Of a DNA stretch of 54,369 nt, positions 37,972 through 45,455 are shown piece by piece. The notes beneath the pieces are model-generated. The model was not told the origin of the DNA and searched no databases. It was given only the letters and a program-made list of their open reading frames with translations. How positions within the stretch are numbered: position 1 is the stretch's first letter; every line of letters starts with the position of its first letter. The position numbers and the translations under genes are program-made. The DNA comes from a virus (Duplodnaviria > Caudoviricetes). Location of the stretch: positions 1-54,369 of IMG/VR virus record IMGVR_UViG_3300036820_000024; one strand, written 5' to 3'.

Positions 37972-38565
37972 ATGGGACTAAAAACGGGCCTAACCGCGTC
38001 GGCACAATGGCGTTCACGCGTGAAGGAAAAATCAATACTTTATTACTTACAGGGGTCTACCATTAAACAGGCAGCGGCCCGCATATCGTTTGAGGAAGCG
38101 CGGGGCGTATCGTTTTCAGCGGTTCATAAACACATTAGGGCCGCTATTGACGAGTACGAAAAAGCCAGCCAGGATATAATAACCCAATACAAAGCGCGGG
38201 AACTTGCCAAAATCGACAACCTGGAGGCGCAAGCCTGGGCGGCGTTTCAAAGGTCCTGCCAGCCGATCAAAACCAACCAGGTTAAAAATATACCGCTCGA
38301 GACGCCAAAGGGCAAAAAGAAATCAAACCTAACGATCAAAGAGGAAACCGAAACCATACGCGAAAGCGCCGGGGATAAACGGTTTTTGGATACGGTGCAA
38401 TGGTGTATCGATAAACGCCTCGAGATTATGGCAACAATGGCAATGCCAGCCGCCGATGCCGATAAGCCGGGCGCTATCACGACAAATACAACTATTAGAC
38501 AAATCATTTTCCGAGGCCGTACGCAAATAGGCACCGCCCAGGTAACCACAATCGTAACCGAATGA
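37972..38565 (+). CDS. Putative terminase small subunit (N-terminal HTH)
   Basis: YLQG.TI.Q...VS...VH..I; ELAKID.LE..AW.A..RS; GD.RFL..V..CI.KR. Confidence 0.7.
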   Translation: MGLKTGLTASAQWRSRVKEKSILYYLQGSTIKQAAARISFEEARGVSFSAVHKHIRAAIDEYEKASQDIITQYKARELAKIDNLEAQAWAAFQRSCQPIKTNQVKNIPLETPKGKKKSNLTIKEETETIRESAGDKRFLDTVQWCIDKRLEIMATMAMPAADADKPGAITTNTTIRQIIFRGRTQIGTAQVTTIVTE

Positions 38566-38858
38566 ACGAAGAACAAATAGCACGGGCCGAATTATTGAGT
38601 ATGAGCAAAGAGCAGCTAACGCGCGTCGATCACGATGTTTTAAAATGGATTTGCCAGGGCGTTGATTGTGCCGGTTATACGAGGATAAAGGATTACGGTA
38701 TAAGTCCCTGGTATTACACGCGCTGGGGTTGGTTAAACCTCGAGCGGCATTATTTACATTGTTCCCGATGTTACCATGCTGAAAAGCGCGGAGTTGACGT
38801 CCCGCATAAAGAGACGACACCAATAGAAAACCTAATTTTTGACAAAAAACAACGCTAA
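38562..38858 (+). CDS. Zinc-finger hypothetical protein
   Basis: CQGVDC...CSRC. Confidence 0.6.
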   Translation: MNEEQIARAELLSMSKEQLTRVDHDVLKWICQGVDCAGYTRIKDYGISPWYYTRWGWLNLERHYLHCSRCYHAEKRGVDVPHKETTPIENLIFDKKQR

Positions 38859-38869
38859 TAAATGTCATT

Positions 38870-39205
38870 ATGAAACGATCAATTACCAACCAACAACAAA
38901 TTAACCGGCTTAAATTCTTAGAGGAGTTACGCTCGGGTATCCACAAAAAAGGCACGATAAGATCCGACGAGCGCGGAATGCCAGTTATTGAAACCGAGGC
39001 CGATAACGACGGGCATTGTGCATGTGCTATTTTTACGGAAATGTTTGGCGACACCGGTAACGAAAAATTAAGTATCGCGACCGCTTGCAAAGCCATAGGA
39101 ATATCAACAAAAGAGTGTGGTTATATCCAACAAAAATTAAATGATACCGGTTTGAACTTTAACCAAATTGCCGACCATATCGAAAGTGAGGTATTTAGCA
39201 AATGA
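38870..39205 (+). CDS. Hypothetical protein
   Basis: LEELRSG...G....C.C...LND.G..F.QIAD.IE. Confidence 0.7.
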   Translation: MKRSITNQQQINRLKFLEELRSGIHKKGTIRSDERGMPVIETEADNDGHCACAIFTEMFGDTGNEKLSIATACKAIGISTKECGYIQQKLNDTGLNFNQIADHIESEVFSK

Positions 39206-39537
39206 GAGCCAAACCAATAAGACGCCTATTTGAGGGCAAAGAGCAAATCATAGGATACGAAATATTTTGCCTGGGTTGTGATCACCGGCACGTGATATAT
39301 ACGTTAAAAGGATTTTACCGCGCTTACTGGACGTTTAACGGCGACGTTAATAAACCGACTTTCGGGCCGTCGCTGAAGTGTACGACTGGCAGTTTAGCCG
39401 TAAAGGGATACATTGACGACCCCGCCATACCGCCGACGTGCTGCCATAGCTTTATCCGTAACGGACAAATGCAATACCTAAAAGATTGCACACACTTTTT
39501 AAGAGGTCAAACCGTAGATTTACCCCAAATAGTATGA
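39202..39537 (+). CDS. DUF6527-like metal-binding protein
   Basis: C.GC...H...WTFNG...PTF.PSL...CHSFI..G...YL.DCTH. Confidence 0.75.
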   Translation: MRAKPIRRLFEGKEQIIGYEIFCLGCDHRHVIYTLKGFYRAYWTFNGDVNKPTFGPSLKCTTGSLAVKGYIDDPAIPPTCCHSFIRNGQMQYLKDCTHFLRGQTVDLPQIV

Positions 39538-39755
39538 AAAATATTAAAGTTTTCGAGTGTAGAAATTGCCCATTTTCAACTTTTAGTTTGGCCGGTGGAC
39601 ATTATAATTTGATTTGGACGGGTCGTAAGCGCTTGCAACATTCATGTAACTTACAAAAGTTGCCAACGCAATATAAGGCAAACAGCGAGTATGATTGTTT
39701 TAATACTTGTCCCTTAAGGGATATGTCGTTTACCGTTGAATTAGCCAAACAATAA
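39534..39755 (+). CDS. Cys-rich hypothetical protein
   Basis: C.NCPF...C...CPL. Confidence 0.6.
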   Translation: MKNIKVFECRNCPFSTFSLAGGHYNLIWTGRKRLQHSCNLQKLPTQYKANSEYDCFNTCPLRDMSFTVELAKQ

Positions 39756-39757
39756 CC

Positions 39758-41329
39758 GTGCAGGAAAACACCGAGATAATAGAGGTTGAGTTAAGCGCCC
39801 CCCAGGAGGCGTTTATGGCTTGCCGTATGGCTATTATGCTCAATATGGCGGGGCAAGGTTCCGGAAAATCCCATTTGATCGGGTTGATTACGGGTTATCT
39901 CATTAGTAATTTTCCACGCGTTCGCGGTTTTATCGGTGCAAATACTTACGACCAGTTAAGCGGTGCAACGTTGAAAAAAAGTTATGACGTTTGGCGCGAG
40001 ATATACGGTTTTACCGAGTATCATAAAGACAGCAACCCCGCCGGGTCGTTTGTGGCTGACAGAAAGCCGCCCCCGCATTTTCAGCGCTTTATAAATCTGA
40101 AATCATACAAAAACGTTATCAGCTTTTTTAACGGTTGTGTCGTTTTTGTCGGTTCCCTTGAAAATTACGAGGCACAAGACGGTAAGGAGTACGGTTGGGC
40201 CGAACTTGACGAAACTAAGGACACAAAGGAGGAAGCCGTAAAGGACGTTATACTCGGGCGTTTGCGGCAAATCGGGCTTTGGTTTGATGCCCTGGGCGAA
40301 CTATTTTATAACAGCTCTATTGCGGACGCCCAGGCCAAAGGATTAACGGCGTGGAACCCGCTACACATACACACGTCGCCCGCGTCGGGCCTCGTTACCT
40401 GGGTTAATGATTGGTTTGATCTCGAGCAATACCGCGACGACATTAAAGCCAAATGCCAGGCCCGCGAAAAAGATTTTTTCTTTTTGGAAAACCAGGTAAA
40501 ACGTACCGCCGCAATCATATACAGCGCGTACCATAACCGGCATAACCTTGCACCTGGTTACTTTGAGATACGCGAGGCTAACATGAGCGCCGAAAAGTCG
40601 TTAAAGCTAATCGACGGTTACCCCTTCAGTAAATCGGGCGGCGAATATTTCCCGGACTTTAACCAATTGGTACACGTCAAAGAAACTCCATTTTTACCAG
40701 CGTCGCCCATACATTTAACCTGGGACTTTAACGTCGTGCCGTATATGACTGCCCTATGCTTGCAAATCAAATTTGTTAAACGTTTTATAGGTCCTGGCAA
40801 CATGAAAGTTGACAGCCCGGCGATAGGCTTTAAGGGCATTGACGTTATGCAGCTGCGATTTTATAAAGAGTATTGCCTGGAAAGCCCGCGCAATACGACC
40901 GAGGCAATTTGTTTGCAGTTTGAAGCCGATCACGAATTAAACGACCTATTTTTTTACGGGGATGCCAGCGGCGCGTCCAGGATACCAGGTTTAGGCAGCG
41001 CGTCAAATTTCGGATACATTGAGGAAGCCCTGGCCGAGTTTCTAACGACCGTAAGCAACCGGGTTAAAAAACCCAATGTTGCAGTACTTAAGCGCCGCGA
41101 CTTAATGAATAACATTTTTGCCGGTCGTATCCCGGAGGTCGAGATAGTGATCGACCCGAGTTGTGAAAACCTTATAAAGGATTTTGAAAAATGCAAACTC
41201 GGCGTTGAGGGTAAAGTAAAGAGCGAAAAAAAGGACGAGGAAACCGGCGGCAAATACCAGGAATTGGGGCACACGTCCGACGCGGCGGAGTACGTCGTTT
41301 GTGTCGTCGCGGTTGATTACATGAAATAA
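39758..41329 (+). CDS. terL: Terminase large subunit
   Basis: Walker A AGQGSGKS, Walker B WAELDE, nuclease WDFN..P, YGDASG, HTSDAAEY. Confidence 0.93.
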   Translation: MQENTEIIEVELSAPQEAFMACRMAIMLNMAGQGSGKSHLIGLITGYLISNFPRVRGFIGANTYDQLSGATLKKSYDVWREIYGFTEYHKDSNPAGSFVADRKPPPHFQRFINLKSYKNVISFFNGCVVFVGSLENYEAQDGKEYGWAELDETKDTKEEAVKDVILGRLRQIGLWFDALGELFYNSSIADAQAKGLTAWNPLHIHTSPASGLVTWVNDWFDLEQYRDDIKAKCQAREKDFFFLENQVKRTAAIIYSAYHNRHNLAPGYFEIREANMSAEKSLKLIDGYPFSKSGGEYFPDFNQLVHVKETPFLPASPIHLTWDFNVVPYMTALCLQIKFVKRFIGPGNMKVDSPAIGFKGIDVMQLRFYKEYCLESPRNTTEAICLQFEADHELNDLFFYGDASGASRIPGLGSASNFGYIEEALAEFLTTVSNRVKKPNVAVLKRRDLMNNIFAGRIPEVEIVIDPSCENLIKDFEKCKLGVEGKVKSEKKDEETGGKYQELGHTSDAAEYVVCVVAVDYMK

Positions 41330-41338
41330 ATTTTAAAC

Positions 41339-41734
41339 ATGAAATATTTTTTAAAGAAAGCCCAGGACGTGGTTATCGATCACGTTAAAACGAATTACCA
41401 GCTTGCCAGCGTTAAGCCTGGCAAATGCCGTTATAACTTTTATTGTCACGCCAACGCCGTACACGACGCGTTAAAAAAAGATCAACAACGTATCGGGCTT
41501 GTTGTGTACATTGAGGGCAACGCCCCTATTGTACATTTTGTAAACGAGGCCAAAGCCGGGGAGTTTAAGGACAATACCCTGGGCTATTGGAGCGGGGGTT
41601 GTAAATACTACTTTATAAGGTGGATAAGCCGGGGCGAATATAACGACGTTTTTAAAATCCGGGATACCCTTAGTAAGCAGTTTAAAAAACTTATTCCCTG
41701 GTATATTCGATTATTTGCAAAGTTTGATTGTTGA
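41339..41734 (+). CDS. Hypothetical protein, possible transglutaminase/papain-like Cys-His-Asp triad
   Basis: CHANA...VHFVN...DNT. Confidence 0.55.
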   Translation: MKYFLKKAQDVVIDHVKTNYQLASVKPGKCRYNFYCHANAVHDALKKDQQRIGLVVYIEGNAPIVHFVNEAKAGEFKDNTLGYWSGGCKYYFIRWISRGEYNDVFKIRDTLSKQFKKLIPWYIRLFAKFDC

Positions 41735-41760
41735 GCCGATTACATAACGGTTACATAAAG

Positions 41761-41824
41761 ACAAATAATTTACACTTTTTTTGTTTTTTATTTGGATATA
41801 ACAAATAAAAGCGCGTATATTTGT
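41761..41824 (+). promoter_or_regulatory. Early promoter with two family A operators
   Basis: Palindromes at 41761-41784 and 41801-41824; 35 bp identical to 18579-18613; TATATTTG at 41816. Confidence 0.78.
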
Positions 41825-41847
41825 CTTAACAAAAACAAACAAACAAA

Positions 41848-42276
41848 ATGGTAAAAGAACTTTCAACCCCAGCACAAGCCGCCAAAGAGATAAAAGCAGC
41901 TTTAAAACTTGCCTTCCCTGGTATCGTTTTCAATGTTAAATCCGATAGTTTCGCCGGTGGAGACGCCGTAAGGATTAAATATTTTGACGGTGTAAAGCAC
42001 GACAAAGTGAGCGAAATAGTTGCACCGTATCAATATGGCAGCTTCGACGGTATGAACGACCTTTATAACTATGACAATAAAAACGCTGAATTGCCGCAAG
42101 TAAAATACGTAAACGTTAGTCGGTCAATGAGTGACGCCGTACGCGATCAACTGTTAAACAAAATCATTACCGAGTATGCCGGTTGCGAAAACTTAACTTA
42201 TGACGATTACGCCCCCGAGCACGGCGCGTATGTTAATACCCTGGTTGGACGCTTGTTTGCGGCAACCGAGTTTTAA
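41848..42276 (+). CDS. LPD29 (large polyvalent protein-associated domain 29) protein
   Basis: AK.I...LK..FPG..F.V.S..F.GG....I...DG...V......Q.G.FDGM.D.Y. Confidence 0.75.
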   Translation: MVKELSTPAQAAKEIKAALKLAFPGIVFNVKSDSFAGGDAVRIKYFDGVKHDKVSEIVAPYQYGSFDGMNDLYNYDNKNAELPQVKYVNVSRSMSDAVRDQLLNKIITEYAGCENLTYDDYAPEHGAYVNTLVGRLFAATEF

Positions 42277-42351
42277 ACCACGCCAACCCGCACAATATCG
42301 AGGCCCTTAATTGGGCCTTTTGCAGTAAAAAACAAATCAAATCGCTACAAA

Positions 42352-42915
42352 ATGAACTTAGAACTAAAAAACATTAAGTTTTTCGAGGCTGGGAGCCAGG
42401 AAACAAATTGCTTTACCGCCGACCTGTATGTGGACGGTAATAAAATCGCTTACGTCAACAATGACGGGCACGGCGGTTGCACCAATTACAGCACGTACAA
42501 AGGCGACAAACGCCCCGTATTGCTGGCAGCGGAGTTATACTGCAAAGGTTTGGCCCCGCACGTGTACGCGCCCGTTGCCGGTATGGACGACGAGTTTAGC
42601 GTACCTATGACGCTCGAGGTTATGATTGATAGCCTTTTTGAGGCGTGGTTAAAGGATTACACCGAGCGCAAGTTTTTGCAAACGATCAAACGCAAGTTTG
42701 TTACCTCGGTTGTGATCGGCAATACCAAAGAGTTTATTTACATATCCTGGAAAAACGTAACCATTGCGCAAATGCTGGCAGTACCAAACGGTCGTGCCGC
42801 TATCCTTAAGGCGCTCACGAAAGCCGTTGCCGACGGTAAGGTTAACGCAACCAACCGGGTTTTAAACGACAATATCCCCGCTGATTTGCTGGCAGAAGCC
42901 GGTGCAAATATTTAA
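42352..42915 (+). CDS. Conserved-looking early phage protein
   Basis: SQET.CF.A.LYVDG......NDGHGG. Confidence 0.75.
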   Translation: MNLELKNIKFFEAGSQETNCFTADLYVDGNKIAYVNNDGHGGCTNYSTYKGDKRPVLLAAELYCKGLAPHVYAPVAGMDDEFSVPMTLEVMIDSLFEAWLKDYTERKFLQTIKRKFVTSVVIGNTKEFIYISWKNVTIAQMLAVPNGRAAILKALTKAVADGKVNATNRVLNDNIPADLLAEAGANI

Positions 42916-42918
42916 GCC

Positions 42919-43212
42919 ATGTTAGTTTGCTCACACGCTTGCGATCAATGCCTATTTAGCAAGGAACGCATAGTAACCAAAGCCAGGGCCAAAGAGATAA
43001 TAACCGAGTGCCTCGAGACCAACCAATTTTTTGAATGCCACAAAGGCAACATAGTTTCTATGTCAATTTGTTGCAGGGGGTTTTTTGAGGCATACGGCGA
43101 CGTTGTCGAGGGCGTTAAAATGGCTAAACGGTTTAAGGGTATTATTGAGGTTGACCCCGACACCGTGATCACTAATAACCTCGACAAACTTAATCCCGAG
43201 TATTTACCATAA
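42919..43212 (+). CDS. Cys/His metal-binding protein
   Basis: CDQCLF...FECHK...CCRGF. Confidence 0.7.
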   Translation: MLVCSHACDQCLFSKERIVTKARAKEIITECLETNQFFECHKGNIVSMSICCRGFFEAYGDVVEGVKMAKRFKGIIEVDPDTVITNNLDKLNPEYLP

Positions 43213-43222
43213 TTTTACATAC

Positions 43223-43327
43223 ATGAAAACGCAACAAAGAAAGTTAAGCCCGAGTATGCAGATATATTGCGGGCTTATTATCGCAATCGTCCTTTACGTT
43301 ATTTTAACTTTAATCAAAAACGCATGA
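43223..43327 (+). CDS. 34-aa single-TM peptide (missing from the ORF track)
   Basis: MKTQQRKLSPSMQIYCGLIIAIVLYVILTLIKNA; ATGA overlap with the next gene. Confidence 0.55.
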   Translation: MKTQQRKLSPSMQIYCGLIIAIVLYVILTLIKNA

Positions 43328-43647
43328 AAAAAACAATCAGTCTATCAAAGCTACACCCCGACGCTACAATCTCGGGCGCTGTTTATCCTCACGACGTCCT
43401 CCTGGGCTTATTGGGCGAACGCCTTAAACTCGGTATCGTACATTTTTCGTACAAGCGTACCGACGGCAATAGCCGTGAGGCTTACGGGACACTCGAGCCG
43501 TCATATTTCCCGCCAAAGCCGCCGCCGGTTGAGGGTGCCGCGCCCAAAAAGGAACGGCAACCCAACCCGAACCTCGTTAGTTATTTTGACTTGGGGGTAA
43601 AAGAATGGCGGTCGTTTAAGATCGAAAATTTACAAGCCGTGTTTTAA
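43324..43647 (+). CDS. WYL_2/SH3 beta-barrel fold protein
   Basis: V.F.Y...DG..REA.GTL...YFD.....WRSFK.ENL. Confidence 0.85.
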   Translation: MKKTISLSKLHPDATISGAVYPHDVLLGLLGERLKLGIVHFSYKRTDGNSREAYGTLEPSYFPPKPPPVEGAAPKKERQPNPNLVSYFDLGVKEWRSFKIENLQAVF

Positions 43648-43674
43648 CGGTCGTGTAAATGTGATATCCCAGCC

Positions 43675-43698
43675 TGGCAGCAAATGCCGGGCTTTTTT
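43675..43698 (+). terminator. Intrinsic terminator
   Basis: GCCTGGCA-gcaaa-TGCCGGGC-TTTTTT. Confidence 0.75.
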
Positions 43699-43705
43699 AT
43701 TTATA

Positions 43706-43770
43706 ACAAATTATTACGTGTTTATTTGTCGTAACATTTGCATTTAACAAATAAAGTATTGTATTTTTGT
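43706..43770 (+). promoter_or_regulatory. Early promoter with two family A operators
   Basis: Palindromes at 43706-43729 and 43747-43770; TATTTTTG at 43762. Confidence 0.72.
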
Positions 43771-43790
43771 TTCAAACAAATTTAATCATT

Positions 43791-43916
43791 ATGGAAAAAC
43801 CAAAATTTACTATCCTGGACGCTTATTTTGAAAAGCGTTTAAGAGACAACCGGCACCTTTGTTTGGTAGCTGGCTGCATTGTGTTAATCGTTTACGCCTT
43901 AACGTTTCTTTTTTAA
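43791..43916 (+). CDS. 41-aa single-TM peptide (missing from the ORF track)
   Basis: MEKPKFTILDAYFEKRLRDNRHLCLVAGCIVLIVYALTFLF; first gene after the promoter. Confidence 0.6.
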   Translation: MEKPKFTILDAYFEKRLRDNRHLCLVAGCIVLIVYALTFLF

Positions 43917-43926
43917 TCGCTACAAA

Positions 43927-44238
43927 ATGAAAACAATTGCTATCACTATCGTAAGGACTTACGGCGAACGCCGGGAGGTACTGGAAAACGTTACCTGTTT
44001 AGGTGACGCCCTGTTATTGCTTAAGGAAAAACACGCCGACGTTAAAATAAGCGACATAACCGCCGTCGAGACCGTCGCGGACGAGTTACCGACGCCTTAT
44101 TTTACCGAAAAGGATTTTGAGCGGCATAGACGCGCTAAAACAATCGACGACTATATCGCCGATGCTGTCCGCTGTTTAGGCCTCGACCCAAACCGCCGTA
44201 TTTTCGAGCGTGACACCTATAACCCCGATCACTTATAA
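43927..44238 (+). CDS. Hypothetical protein
   Basis: AATCGCTACAAAATG start context. Confidence 0.7.
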   Translation: MKTIAITIVRTYGERREVLENVTCLGDALLLLKEKHADVKISDITAVETVADELPTPYFTEKDFERHRRAKTIDDYIADAVRCLGLDPNRRIFERDTYNPDHL

Positions 44239-44262
44239 ATTTTACTACTCTCAATAACTAAA

Positions 44263-44469
44263 ATGAAAGCCAAAAACTGTATTGTCGTTTCCTGGAAAGC
44301 GGGCGACGCCGGGCAAGCCGGAAAAACTGAAGTATTTAATAACCTCAAAGCGTTTGTTAAACATTATCCCGTTTACTCATACGACACGATTACGAATTAC
44401 TTAAGCCGGGCCGGTGTGCCGTTCATTGACGACACATTGAGCCTCGAGCGTCAAGAAATTAAAAATTGA
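44263..44469 (+). CDS. Small putative DNA-binding protein (NUMOD1-like HTH)
   Basis: VFNNLKAF......SY.TI.NYLS pattern. Confidence 0.5.
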   Translation: MKAKNCIVVSWKAGDAGQAGKTEVFNNLKAFVKHYPVYSYDTITNYLSRAGVPFIDDTLSLERQEIKN

Positions 44470-44473
44470 TCGT

Positions 44474-44815
44474 ATGGCAAGCCTTAAAGAGCATAGCCGT
44501 ACGGCATACACGGAGGACAAAATCACTCACGACGGCGTCCGGACTGGCAGTTTGCAAAGGATTGCGGACGCCGTGGAAATAATCGCAAAGGATAGGGCGC
44601 AAATAATACGCGACGTCGATTATTATAAAAGCAGAACCCAAAAACTCGAGGGCGATTTACAGCAAACCAACCGGTATTTAACCGCAAGCAAAGGAACCGG
44701 AACCAGGTACAAAAACCAGCGAGACGAGGCCCGAGCGACCGTTTTAGAGCAAGCCAAAGAGATCAACCTTTTAGCACGTGAAAACCTTGAATTAACGGAG
44801 CAACTATCACAATAA
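44474..44815 (+). CDS. Coiled-coil hypothetical protein
   Basis: GSLQRIADA.E followed by coiled coil. Confidence 0.7.
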   Translation: MASLKEHSRTAYTEDKITHDGVRTGSLQRIADAVEIIAKDRAQIIRDVDYYKSRTQKLEGDLQQTNRYLTASKGTGTRYKNQRDEARATVLEQAKEINLLARENLELTEQLSQ

Positions 44816-44887
44816 TTATGGAAAACGAACCATTCAACCCTTAAAAGGTTGCCGGGTTTTTTGTTTAATAATGTTTTATATTTGGGC

Positions 44888-45367
44888 ATGAAAAGAATTG
44901 CTTTATTTTTTTCCGCTTCAATATTGATTGTCGCGGGTTTGGCCTCCCAGGTTGGGGCACAAACGAGGGGCGCGGGTTATTTTCCCAATTCGCACGGCGT
45001 CGCGGCAAAGCCGTTTACAACGCCAAACAATGACACCATAAGCGGCTCGGCAAAGGGGCAAGTCTTAAACGCGCAAGGCTTTTACGACGACTTTGTTATC
45101 CAGGTTAATGTTGCCAGGCTAACGGGCACACCGACGACGGGATCGTCCGTTAAATTGTTCGCCGGTATCGACGGGGTTAATTTCCCCTTCCAGGTACAAA
45201 CCAAAGCGAACGACACGCTGGCAGTCGCGGGCACGGCCCCGCAACATTATGCCTGGGATATTGGGGCAAATCACTTCCCGTATTACAAAGTCATTTATAC
45301 GCCCTTTGGGACACACACGGCCCAAATCAATACACAATTTGCCTGGGCGCTATGGCTGCGACATTGA
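44888..45367 (+). CDS. Secreted protein with Sec signal peptide, probably leaderless
   Basis: MKRIALFFSASILIVAGLASQVGA|QT; TATATTTG promoter ends at 44884, just before the ATG; terminator at about 45392-45429. Confidence 0.72.
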   Translation: MKRIALFFSASILIVAGLASQVGAQTRGAGYFPNSHGVAAKPFTTPNNDTISGSAKGQVLNAQGFYDDFVIQVNVARLTGTPTTGSSVKLFAGIDGVNFPFQVQTKANDTLAVAGTAPQHYAWDIGANHFPYYKVIYTPFGTHTAQINTQFAWALWLRH

Positions 45368-45431
45368 CGGGCTTTAACCTAATCAACCGGCAAGGGCTTA
45401 ACTGTAAAATGTTAAGCCTTTGTTTTTTTAT

Positions 45432-45439
45432 TACATTTG
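45432..45439 (+). promoter_or_regulatory. -7 promoter element for the portal gene
   Basis: TACATTTG. Confidence 0.55.
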
Positions 45440-45455
45440 GTAAAACTTTTTAACG

